DNA of 63,199 bases, filler included, from Choristocarpus tenellus KU-1152 (Eukaryota; Protista; Phaeophyceae): the NCBI GenBank assembly GCA_964200185.2. It is 10 parts of 10 records of this genome, joined end to end, with 100 filler letters (N's around TTAATTAATTAA, not from the genome) between each part and the next. Parts side by side here need not be neighbours in the genome. Positions count along the whole stretch, not along the records: positions 25,279 to 38,554 come from CAXNAD020001541.1; positions 38,655 to 45,035 come from CAXNAD020008260.1; positions 45,136 to 47,997 come from CAXNAD020024132.1; 7 more parts are not named here. The stretch is one strand, 5' to 3'. This document shows positions 36,027 through 48,000 of this stretch, piece after piece (within the stretch, counting starts at the first letter, position 1; every line of letters starts with the position of its first letter). The notes under the pieces were generated by a model. It was not told the DNA's origin. It worked only from the letters and a program-made list of their open reading frames with translations, and searched no databases. The translations under genes and the position numbers were made by a program.

Positions 36027-37531
36027 ATGATATCCAAAACACTCCCTTGTCAACTCCCTGTGGGAGCTACCAGTATCCCACTTCCATGGCAGCCAGAAAA
36101 TAATTTTGGGGCCTCTGCCGACGTAGCTTGGCTGTTGGATTTTCCTACAGGACATATCCACAGCGCATCTTGGTCACTTGGCAAGGTGGGTTATCACTTC
36201 AAAACGACTTCAACACTGTTGAAGTGGTCGATCAAACCTCACCGCCCCTTGTATCCTGTACCTCACAACGTTCGCGTCATGTTGTATAGATTCCAGTGGG
36301 TAGGCATGTTTGTCTACATCGTTTCAAGCTGTGGTGGCTCAAACCTTCGCATGGAGAAGATGGACTGGACGTGCCTCCCGAGACAGCTCTCCTACTCGCC
36401 GAAGCAAAGGAGGCCGATGAGGGCTTTGTGGCCTTTCTACCTCTTAGTGATACCAATGCCCGCACAGTTCTTCACGGCGACGAATCTGGGGGGATTACAA
36501 TCACGGCGGACTCAGGAGACTCAGCAGTTAGTCTTCCAAATCGATTGCGCTGCCTTCTGGTGGCGAGAGGGCTAGACCCTTTTCGATTGTTGAAGAGAGC
36601 GGTTTCTGTGGCTACAGATAGACTAAGGGAACAGCTGAAAGTCGACCATTTTGAGCTCCGCCGTAATAGGGATGGAGACATGCAACTTTCGAAACCACCA
36701 GAGTTTGTGGAACACTTCGGATGGTGCACGTGGGACAGTTTCTACACAATGGTCACCCCTCAAGGTTCGCCAGAGGACAAAACGCATTAGGCCTTCAGTC
36801 TATCACATCTATGATCCCTAACAGCATGGTAGAAATTGCTGCTTATGGTACATACCACTGTCTCCTTGTTGGCACTGAAGGGTTATGCAACTTGCAGCAT
36901 CTGAGTCCACAGTGTGCCAACGTGGTACACCTTGCATATAATTTCTTCTTTTCACCTGACAGGGTTGTTCGATGGCTTAAGGCTGTTCCGTGCTCAGAAT
37001 GTTCGTCCGCGCTGGGTGGTCATAGATGATGGCTGGCAACAGACGACTAACGATGACGCAATGAACACTGAGCAGTGGGGTGAACGTCTAGTAGGTTTAC
37101 AGGCCAACAAGCGCTTCGGAGGAGAAAGGTGGATATATTGACCAAAATGTAGACAAATGCCTTGAACCATCCATCATGAATTGCCTAGCTAGCACAAAAT
37201 CAGATGGGCACTGTTTCTCCTTTTTTTAATGTGTATTAGATTTCAAAGAAGCTGAGCATTTGTTGCCTGTCAAACTAGCCTTAGTTACCCACAACCCTTC
37301 TTGTGTCTGACCTATGAAAGGAATGGGAGTGATGAAGGTGCAGTGTCCATGGGTCTTGGGGAAGCAGTGCATTTCATGAAGGAAAACTTTCAGGTGGACA
37401 CTGTGCTGGCTTGGCACGCTATGGCTGGGTATTGGGCTGGTGTGGAGCCGGAAGCACAGCAGCTGTCGTCCTACACGCCTCACATATCAAAACTGGTTGC
37501 ACCCCAAGGCATACAGGATGTGGACAAAGAG
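36027..37531 (+). CDS. GH36 raffinose synthase / seed imbibition protein (Sip1, alkaline alpha-galactosidase) family, 5' part
   Basis: join(36027..36185,36290..36764,36963..37128,37321..37531), phases 0,1,2. Motifs HRFKLWW, VPPET, FGWCTWDSFY, VVIDDGWQ and WHAMAGYWAGV are hallmarks of the family. The gene is incomplete before the gap at 38555. Confidence 0.9.
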
Positions 37532-40189
37532 GTGAGAGAAAAAGGTAGAAAATCCTGCGCCACAGTCATTTTCAGTGCCTGAAAACACTTCTCAGCATAC
37601 TCCTGATAGCACCCATCCCATTGGCACAGTGCAGAAGAGGTTATATTATACGAGCTTGACTACAGGATCTTGGGTAGTTTTTGGCTTTTCCCACAGGCAA
37701 AGCACATGCAGTGTTTGGGGAGGGGGCAAGTCATTCTGTTGTGGAATGAATGAATCAGGCATTAATCCTGGCACCTGCTGCCTCTGAACATATTGATAAA
37801 ATATTCCTACGTGGTACTGTACTAGTTAAGATAATGAAATTTTCGTTCTTTTCATTGTGATGCTCTCTGTAGCTCACGGCATAGAGGAAAGTATGTCCGC
37901 TTAAACTGTATGCTATTACTGAGAAGTAAAAAGGAAGAGCGCTGGTGCCACCATGGCATAAGAAATAAATACTCCAAAGCACTTCAATAGCCGGTTGTAC
38001 TCTTTGAAGGGGTGCCTGCACCAGCGGGCTACCTTGTACACTTGAGCTCATTCAGCCGGGTCGGTGATTAGGTCGATACATGGACTACAAGTAGGGATTA
38101 AAGCAAGGTTGCAATTCTCTTGGCAGTATGGCGTGTCTGCAGAACAACCTCCCTCAATCGCATGTCCTATGAATCTAACACTGTCAGCAGAATCCTCTGG
38201 AGTACCTTACAAAATCATATCAACCTGTCAACCCCCCCATCTTCTGTTGACAGCGATCTCCAGTTTTTTGTCAATATCAACGCCCTGTAATTTTTTGTTA
38301 CAGAGAGATTTTGCACCCCTGGTCCATTTAGGTTGGGAGTGGCGTGTCACCAGTGACTCTCTTCCAGTTGCTGTTGTTGTTGACGATTTTGTTGGGGGGG
38401 GGGGTTGTACAAGGGAATGGATGTATTATAACCGCATTGTTTTCGATAACTGAAAAGATTCAGACTGTACCTGATTCAACCACTACTGTGGTACGTTGGA
38501 AGAGGAAGGGGGGGGGGGGGGGGATTGATGCCGGGAAGGGGGGGGGGGATGCCGNNNNNNNNNNNNNNNNNNNNNNNNNNNNNNNNNNNNNNNNNNNNTT
38601 AATTAATTAANNNNNNNNNNNNNNNNNNNNNNNNNNNNNNNNNNNNNNNNNNNNCCCCCCCTCCCAGATACTTTGAGTCTTAGGCTGTCGGTGTACGTGA
38701 GGAATCCTGTACGGGCATCAAGGCCATCTACAGGCTTATGGTTTGACCCTCTTCAGTAGTCACATAACGCCTCCACAGCTAACAGCGAGACACTTGGAAG
38801 CATCGATCTGTAATACAAAGTTTGCACCCCCTTACTTGCCAAACTTGTGGTATTTGTAGCCCCATTTTAGATCAAAGCGCATGCAATACTTCTTGCCGGC
38901 AAATGCTTCGTCATATAGTAGGTCAAGGAAACCTTTTTGTTGGTATACTGTATGGAGAGTACCCAGGAGTACATCAACCAGCACAGAAATAGTCAACATT
39001 GTTAATGGTGCAAATGTGACTTTATACTAAACCTAATGTTACCAACTAGGGGAGAATATTAGACTCACAGACCCCTGTGAAATACACCAAAACGACTACT
39101 GGTTTATAGGATCGCTACTGTGGAGGAGAGGGAGGCAGTTCCACTCCTACGACACCTCTCTAGCCCCTTATGGATCTTGGGTATGATGCCGGAGTCGAGT
39201 ACATGGCAGCCCTCACTTGGCGATCCTGGCACAATCAGCACATGGAGAGGTTGGCCCTTTAGTGTAATATGCAGTAGTTGCAACACTTCTGATTCCCGAT
39301 TGTTGTGATGCTGGGATCTTCGTCACCTACTTGAACATATAAAACATGTCACAAATGGAGGTGCTGGTCCTGATACAGATGCGACCTCGTGTGTTCTGAT
39401 GTTGCCGTGGGTTTCAGTGTATTGACGCAGAACTCGCTGTTGAGCTCGTTGCTTCACCTGCTGCTGATCTCAACGTTGAATTTCCTTCTTGAGGTACCTT
39501 TCTTGTGTCCGTATCCACCACCGTATCACCCTCAACAGATGATGGCGAGGCCATGCGGTTCAATGTCACAGTATTAGACCATTTGAGTTACCAGAGCTCT
39601 TATACCGAACACAAAGAAATCCTCTCCCATCTTTCCAGCAATCTTGGGAAGGTTGGTGGCCTTGGTGGTGCTGGAGGACATCTTGCACTCTTGTTATAAC
39701 TCAATATAACGTCCCAGGAATAATCACTCCACTGTAGCGTGCTGAAGTATCCCACTATTAACCCATTGCTAAAATGATCTATGTTGTGCCTTGACCGAGG
39801 AAAATAGGTGAGTAAGAGTCAAAGCAAACGAGAGGTACCCAGGTTTTTCTCGTTTTGCATTTCCTAGCCAGTTTTTTAATCTTTGCAATTCACCCATACT
39901 AATATGGATGAAGTGCTAAGCTTGACTTGACAGCGTTGATTTCTCCATTTTTAAGTTTTTCGGCGTAATTCGGAAAATATCCTATGCACACTTGTAAAAA
40001 AAGTCGAATTTGCACATGGTTGTCAGCATCCCTAAGATGCAACTCTGGGTACCTCGCTTACTTTGACCCTAAGTGTGAATATACAGTATTAGTGTTACAA
40101 GGGAGTTGTGGTCTTACCTCCATTGACCGAAGTCATAGGGGTTGGAACATGCAGAACCCATTCCAGTATTTTGATGTGCGGAGTTTTTT

Positions 40190-40385
40190 TGTAGAACCAT
40201 CTGGGGGGGCGTGGCGGCTGTCCATTTGGGGTCAATTTTTTCATGTCGTGAATTGTGTGTGATTTGGTTGCATACGTAAGATGGATGATGTAAATACACT
40301 TTTCCTTATTTTGGTCAAATGGACACCCTGGTGTAGACCCCCTCTCCCAACCCCCCCCCCCCCCCCCCCCCAGATAATTTGGGTC
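40190..40385. mobile_element. MITE family A, diverged copy
   Basis: atctggggggg...cccccccagataatttgggtc. The internal sequence is the reverse complement of the copies at 42363 and 55689. Confidence 0.6.
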
Positions 40386-41220
40386 AAAGATGGTCAAACC
40401 ACGTGTGGCACCTACAATGGAACAAACATATACCACGCCAAGAATGCAGAGAGTGCTATAATTGAGCTTTTGATGGGTATGTTTTTGCTTTGAGGCGTTT
40501 GGGTCAGGTAAATTCTAGGTACATCCAGCCCTTACCTACATGATTGATGTGTGCCATAGTAGTTATTTTCCTGTTCTCTGCAACATCAACAACCTGCACA
40601 CACACAAACACATCATATTTCAAGACAATCATCATCGTTCCTGACAGACTGAGTGAATAACACAAAAGTTGCATCATGAACATATCGACAGTAATTGGTA
40701 AGAAACATGAACAGATAGTTGATAGAAAACATTTTTTGTAGAAGATTTCGAACTTGAAAAGGCACTTCAGGAAATAAACACGGCGACAAATTATTTGAAA
40801 GTGTATTTTTTCGAAGCAAACGTAAATTGGTCAAACGTGCATGATACTATTCATGATGATGAGTGCATTTTATGTCGTTTTCTAGTTCATATGTTCTTGG
40901 CATTAGTCTTTGGGTTGTCTGTGACCAGTATTGTTAATATGCACTCTGTTGTAGAACTAAAAAGAAAGCAAGATCGAGTACATACGATAATGCATTAACC
41001 AACATGGTACTTTTTCCCTGACACATCTCCAAAATGATACAGGGAATAGTAATATGTAAATAAGGTAAGGCAAATATGAAAAATTTCAACCAGTAGAATT
41101 ACTGTTGGCCCCTGCAAGTATTACTAGCACACAGAAAATACGCTGGTCTTCGGCGTTTGACGATAACCGCATGAAGTACACAATACTTAATCTACGAACA
41201 CGTGATCACAAATGTATAGC

Positions 41221-41292
41221 GGCTTCGTGGTATAATGGTTAGCATTCGCCCCTGTCACGGGCGAGATCCGGGTTCGATTCCCGGCGAGGTCG
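41221..41292 (+). tRNA. tRNA-Asp(GTC)
   Basis: Full cloverleaf: acceptor GGCTTCG/CGAGGTC, anticodon arm CGCCC-CT-GTC-AC-GGGCG, T arm CCGGG-TTCGATT-CCCGG, followed by TTTT. Confidence 0.97.
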
Positions 41293-42362
41293 TTTTGTAC
41301 TTTTCGTATATCGCCTCTTTGTCTTCTTTAGTATCACGAAGCAACCAACTCACACTCGATCAATCAGTTTTGTTGCCGTAGGGGCATGGGGCATATGTTT
41401 GCTTCTTTGCCTTGTCCCCTTGATTCATTGGTGTCGTACTGATTGCTATTTTATTGATGGGTTTGATTCGTTAGTCTACGTAAGTTCCATACATGGTGCA
41501 ATGATGACCGTAGTATTTTTGGAGATAGACATTGTCATGGAAAAATAAGACGAAAGAGACAACATGCTAGGAACTCTGGTCGAAGACAATACATAAGCTT
41601 AAGAAAAGGACAATCCTAGTACAAAAAGAGTGTAGCATATCTGCCAAGACAAGAGACGAGTACGCCAATGATATCGAACGAGGAAATGCAGAATCAGTGG
41701 TTAATTGTAGAACGAACAAAACAACATACAAACGAGATGAGGGGAAGAAAATAGAGAAACTCAATTATCAAATACACGACAAACTCAGAAGCAAGAAAGA
41801 ACTCAGGTGAGAATACAAAGCAATCGGTTCAAGTTTGCACCACCATGCATCACAACATATGCCAAGATGTAATGCAGTCGCAACAATGACTTATTCTTCA
41901 CAAATGACAGACACCAGTACCAGGTCCAGATCTTGGCTAAAACAATCTCTTGTGCGTTATGCCGTTCATCAATGGAGTTTGAAATTAATAACAATTGAAT
42001 CCTACACTTACGACACATATATTGTATACTATGCACACCCCAACCCAGCTTCAAGCAGGCTCGAGGTGAAGACAGAAGCCGTGTTGTCGATTTGTTCCTG
42101 ACCAAACGTTTTATTACATGTCTATTGTTGAGGGGCGCAGAAGTTGAGCTTTGGCACAAGCTTGTCACCAGTAACATACACCAGTACAGTCCTGGGGAGT
42201 GGACTGAAGACTCTGGTCTGTTGAGCAGCATCCCCTTGAGGTTCTCAACTCACTTCGGACAATTGACTCTAGAGCCTTCAGCTAGATCCTTGGTAAGTTC
42301 CTATGGCAGCTCCAGTAAACCAAACCGCCAGAAGAGGCATAACATAATTAAGGTGTCATGAT

Positions 42363-42544
42363 TGCTCAAGGTGTCTGGGGGTGGATGGGGGGGTGTACAC
42401 CAGGGTGTCCGTTCGGGTCCTGACCAGGATAAGTGCGCTTACATTATCCATCCGACGCATGCAACCAAATCAACCAAACATCGTGACACGAAAAAATCGG
42501 CCCCGAATGGACAGCCGCCACCCCTCCCCCGGATACTTTGAACC
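42363..42544. mobile_element. MITE family A copy (about 180 bp)
   Basis: gctcaaggtgtctggggg...cccccggatactttgaacc. The body is homologous to 55689..55867. Confidence 0.7.
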
Positions 42545-43640
42545 TGATCTGGGCCTTTTGATATATAAATGTCGGTCGATGTCTATCACTGACATGGTGC
42601 GTATCTTCTTCCACTCTGCCGAAACGGGAGTTTCAGCACATGAGGTGGTGCTGTGGAAGGAGAAAGTGATATTGTTTGGAGTATAATGTAAGCTGAACAA
42701 TGATGTTTTCAGTGACATGTGTCAAATTGCTTGATACAACGAGGGAGGCTATATCTAAAACAGGCCTACCTCTAAGATAATATGCGTTGAGGCGAGTCCA
42801 GAAACGGGAGGGGGTGCTGCTCAATCAACAGGGTATAATTAACCCGTGAGGACCTACTACATTGGCAGTATATATGATCAACAAGCTTGGCCACCAATGA
42901 TCTACTGCCGTAGGCAAAAACAAATGACGACAACAACACGATACTCTGGAAGATGTTCACACCCCGGGTGGCTCCCACCTTCACTACCAGACTCCTTGAA
43001 GCTGGAAAGTTATTTTCTCGTACAATGCATGCTCCGTTGTTTAAGAGGGGCTAAGAATTTCTCAGTGAATGGTACTACACATTGAGGACGTCAAGGACAA
43101 TACTCCTTGGAATCGGTCCCAGCGTCTGTTGTCTTTTGTCTATCATGATGTTATTGGTTGATGTGTCGTTAACTTTGTTTATCATTAAGAAATATCATTT
43201 ATTGTTCTTTTCATAATACTCTTTTGTGCATGTCACATGATTTTTTTTTGCATTTCAACTTGTTCCTTTGCCTTGACAAGCTTAGGGCCTGCATTACATC
43301 TTGGCATATGTGGTGATGTATAGTGGTGCAAAACTTGAACCGATTGTTTTGTATTCTCACCTGAGTTCTTCCTTGCTTCTGAGTTTGTCGTGATTTTGAT
43401 TATTGAGTTTCTCTGTTTTATTCCTCTCGTCTCGTTTGTATGTTGTTTTGTTCGTTCTACAATTAACCACTGATTCTGCATTTCCTTGTTCGATATTATT
43501 GGCGTACTCGTCTCTTGTCTTGGCAGATATGCTACACTCTTTTTGTACTAGGATTGTCCTTTTCTTGAGGTGATATATTGTCTTCGACCAGAGATCCAAG
43601 CATGTTGTCTCTTTCGTCTTCTTTCTCCATGACGACGTCT

Positions 43641-43760
43641 GACTCAAAGTATCTGGGGGAGGGGGGTGGTTTGTGAGGGGGCGTCCGTGTCCAAAAAGTG
43701 AAAATCGAAAAAAGGGTGAAAAACGGACGCCGACACCACCCCCCCCAGATACTTTGACCC
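43641..43760. mobile_element. MITE family A, 120 bp, TIR GnnTCAAAGTATCTGGGGG, 3-bp TSD TCT (PIF/Harbinger-like by TSD length)
   Basis: Filled site gacg-TCT-[element]-TCT-atctcc. The paralogous left arm (~41520-41540) shows the empty site with a single TCT (AGA on the + strand). Confidence 0.88.
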
Positions 43761-43999
43761 TCTATCTCCAAAAAAACTACGATCATCATTGCACCATGCA
43801 CGGAACTTGTATAGACTAATGAATCAAACCCATCAATAAAATATCAATCAGTACGACACCAATCAATCAAGGGTGCATTGCAGGCAAGGCAAGGAAGTAA
43901 ACATATGCCCCTATGGCAACATGACTGGTTAATCGAGTGTGAGTTGGTTGCTCCGTGATACTAAAGAAGATGAAGAGGCGATATACGAAAAGTATAAAA

Positions 44000-44071
44000 C
44001 GACCTCGCCGGGAATCGAACCCGGATCTCGCCCGTGACAGGGGCGAATGCTAACCATTATACCACGAAGCC
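44000..44071 (-). tRNA. tRNA-Asp(GTC)
   Basis: Exact reverse complement of 41221..41292, with TTTT immediately downstream on the minus strand. Confidence 0.97.
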
Positions 44072-44789
44072 ATTACATGAGAATATCCGAACCTCCTCTC
44101 CAAACCTCCACACCACCTTACGCCGTCATCGACAAAACACAGAAGAAAATTGTATTTTTATTATTATGCCCTGTAACATTTTGGAGATGTATTTGCTGTA
44201 CCATATATTATATTATTGTGCCCTCTCACATTTTGGAGGTGTATCGAGGGAGAATCCAATGAAAGGGGAAAGTGTATGAAGCAATCTGTGTTTTGTGGAC
44301 GGGAAAATCCTGTTAGAAACGTGGTACAAGGAAGGGGTGAGGAAGGAAAAAGAAAAACGGGTGAAAGAAGAGTTAAGCCCTTAGTGGCTGGGAGGCAGAA
44401 GGGGTAGGAGAGAAGTTAAAGAAATGGGGGTAGGTGGGGGCACATGGAAAGAAGGAATGGTCAGTATGTAAAGAAAACCTAGGGCTGGTGGTATAGTACG
44501 AGAAGGACTACAACAAGACAACCTCCGAGCAAGCTCTCCCGCCCACCCACACTTTCACTTGCTCACGACCGATTGGGTTGCTGGGTAAAAGAAGAGGAGG
44601 TCAAGTTCGGGTGGGTTAGTTATCTTCTAGTTCAAAGGAACGGTATGAAGTGGATGATGAAGGGGTGTTCTTGGATGATTATGGAATGTTGTGGAGTAAT
44701 ATGGGGGAGTGATAAGTGGTATGGGGAAGTGTTAAGTGGTGCGGGGTTGAATCGTGTCGAATGGTGTCGAATGGTGTGGTGGAGTGGTA

Positions 44790-45035
44790 CTCTTACAGGC
44801 GAATAGCGTGAGCTTTTCTTCTTGTATTTCAATGAAGTTTGAGCATTTGTTACACGCGAATAGCGCGAGCATTTTCTTTTTATGTTTCAGGAAATACGAA
44901 CATTTGTAACAGACGTAGAGTGTGAGGATTATTTCTTGAGTTCTGACAAGTACGAGCAATATACGATATTAGTAATACATAGGTGGCCTTACAAGGTAAA
45001 TGATGATTTTTATAGGAGATGCAGAGTAAGACTTA
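44790..45035. repeat. Dispersed repeat with internal subrepeat of about 58 bp; inverted homolog at ~54860..55100 and fragment at ~56230..56285
   Basis: gcgaatagcg(t/c)gagc occurs twice. caatatacgatattagtaatacataggtggccttaca matches the reverse complement of ~54895-54935. Confidence 0.75.
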
Positions 45036-48000
45036 NNNNNNNNNNNNNNNNNNNNNNNNNNNNNNNNNNNNNNNNNNNNTTAATTAATTAANNNNNNNNN
45101 NNNNNNNNNNNNNNNNNNNNNNNNNNNNNNNNNNNATCAAGCTGTTCTTTGTCCTTCATTAAAGCACCATAAAAGCCGCGGGTCCAGTGTGGGATAGTTC
45201 AACATTACACACTTCCACGACAAAGCCCGGCCTGGAACAACGGGGTGGACCCAGACGACCCCCATGGAAGGATGGCTCCACTATACCCACGCAAAACGAT
45301 ACCACACAACTTAACCTTCCAAGCAGGGGACATCAATCCGCCCCTCTTCAGGGTGTCTCACCATTGTTGTTGTTCCTGCCAGAGAAATGTAATACCCGTC
45401 CAGACTCACAGAATTTCCTGCTTGATAGACGTGGAATGGTGTGCTTACAAGAAAAGGCAACGGGTACATAAAGCACTTTACCCAAGGAAAGGTTGTGTGG
45501 GAAATATTGTCTACCCATTATTGGGTCAAAAACAGCAGGAGATGGGAGATATCCGTGGGTCAGGTCGCGAGAGAGAGTGTCAATGTCCCCCTGTCAGATG
45601 TTTTCGCCCTCTGCAAGCCCATTCACTGTCTTGAAGTAAGTGCGACTTGTTCCATCTCATGGACGCAATATCTTGTTATTTGTATTGATGCTTGGGTGGG
45701 ACATGCTAGAAGTAGGTTGTGGTAGTGTTTCTAGGGCACTCCCAGCAATGCCGTACGTATTCCTGCGGCAAACCTGAGTGAGGGGATTATCACTTGAAGT
45801 TGCTGTTCCCGCCCTCCTTAGGGGAGGGGGTTCTGGTCTCCAAGTCGGCAGACCCGAGTGGTGCTCCACCTTGATCGCTGACACGGGGCGGTGCAGAGTG
45901 GGGAAAGGATGGGTGGGTGTGGTGCTTAGGTCGCCCACCCATTATTCACTGTCATTCACTCAGGTCATCTCCATCTCTGTTTTTTTTTCTCTCTCTCTAG
46001 GGTGACGTGCTATTGCCAGCAGACTATGTCTTAGATTTAGTGTTTTGGGGTCAAGGAATATTATATTGTTGCTAATAATTTGTTCCACTGTTGGGATGGA
46101 TTCGAGGTTCGAGAATTTTAATTTGGGGTGGATTTGGAATTAGGATTGAATACGTTTCGACAAGATTTGTGTTGGCCTTCAAGTTACGTTGAGTGATGGG
46201 GTCAGGTTTTGGTTTGGAGTGTAGAGTTGTGTTTGGTTCTTATTCATGCTAAAGAATCGAGATTGGGCTGAAGTGGGCTTAGATGCAAGGGTGGGATTGA
46301 GGTAGGGGCAAGGATTATGATAGGAGTTGTGATTAGGTTTAGGGTTAAGGGTTAGGGTGTCCAGTTATCAATTGTCCCAGATTGTCTAAGGGACCACCTG
46401 GGATTTGAAGGCCGTAGGCCCTTTCATCAGGCTAAAGAAATGCATAGTATCACAATGCGCCCCTAATTGTAGGCTCAGAACCCCACATGGGAGGTAATGT
46501 GGAAGTCTCTTATCAGTCTCAATATTGGTAGGTTATATAACAGAACCGACATATTATCAACGCCTTTACAACGTGACTGTTTCCCTCCTCTTTAACACCG
46601 ACAAAGGAAGGTGGGATCTTTATCATAATTAGTTCAGTAGATCACCACGAACAGTTCTTGAATTCGATAAAGAGGACAACACATAAGAAGGATTGACTTG
46701 ACAAACGTAAGCCCGACATTGGCCCTTTCACAGAGTACCTTACGTTCAATGGTGCATGATAGGGAGGTGTGCTCAGCAGGATTATTGCGGAGAAGACAAA
46801 TAACACATGCCTAGTGAGTAACAAAGTTGCAACAAGCAATGGTGCCGCATTACCTTCAGGGTCTACCGCACCTCCTCAGGGGGATGAGGCCCAGATATTG
46901 GAACTAAGATGCAGTACTGCATCCTCCACCAGGGATGGAGTGAGCGCTGGGCAAATGGAGGGACTGTATAGCACAGCATTTGTCTCATATTCGTGCTCCC
47001 TATGGCATGGATTAAAACTGCGCTGTAACAAGTAGATGTCTCAAAACCACTTCTCTCCACATCCATCCCCACTTTCCTTTGGGAAGGTCTGCTGTCAACC
47101 AGGAATGTCTTCTTTCTTGCTCCCTCTGTCAATGATGAGTCAGTCATACATCCGCCTTCCAAAATTCAGTATCCTGTGCATGGTGCTGGCTCTAGTAGGT
47201 TTGTTCCTAGTTCCTACAACAGTGGTACAACTTGTTTCGTGTGAGTCTGAATGTCTCGTTGTGTTTTGTTGTTCTAACTGTGTGTAGTATGTGGATGCGT
47301 ACCTCCATTTTTTCCACATTAGATAGCACCAAATACAATTATTATTGTTCTATGATTACTATTCTATGCATATTATTGTACCCTCTAACATTTTTCAGAT
47401 ATATCATCGAAAAAAAGAATGAAAAGTCAATTCAATATCATAAGAACCCCCGTAAAAGTAACAGTTTCCTGTGTGTGATGAGAAATATTTTTCTATCGTT
47501 ATATTATTATTCTATTATATGACTTGTCTTCTTAAAGTTTGAGGAATATTTGGTTTGAGGGGTTGAATGTGAACACCAAACGTGGTGGAGGAATCATGAT
47601 TACAGTATTTTATTATACCTCTTTTTCGATTACGATATTATATTTTTTTGTAGTAAAATAGTAAATAGGAAAATGTCTTTCATATTTACAATAATTTCTA
47701 CTTTTTCAGGGGTTATTCTGATAATTAAGATTGGTTTTTCCCTTGACACATCTACAAAATGTCACAGAGCATAGAAATAAAACATACTTCCTCTGACCCA
47801 AAATATATTCTACATTCCGACAATAACCTATGATGATTTATACCGGTTTTTGTCCGAATGTAGCTTATATTTTGGGTCAGAGGAAGTATATTAGAATATA
47901 TATTTGAATATATATTTTTTATATGATTAGGGGTCAAAGTATCTTGGGGGGGGTGTCAGCGTCCGTTTTTCACCCTTTTTCGATTTTCACTTTTTTGNNN

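Larger units (their letters stand above)
41221..44071. repeat. Long inverted duplication: arms ~41221..41880 and ~43290..44071, spacer about 1.4 kb
   Basis: The arms align in reverse complement along their length with scattered substitutions. Each arm begins with an identical tRNA-Asp. Confidence 0.92.
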
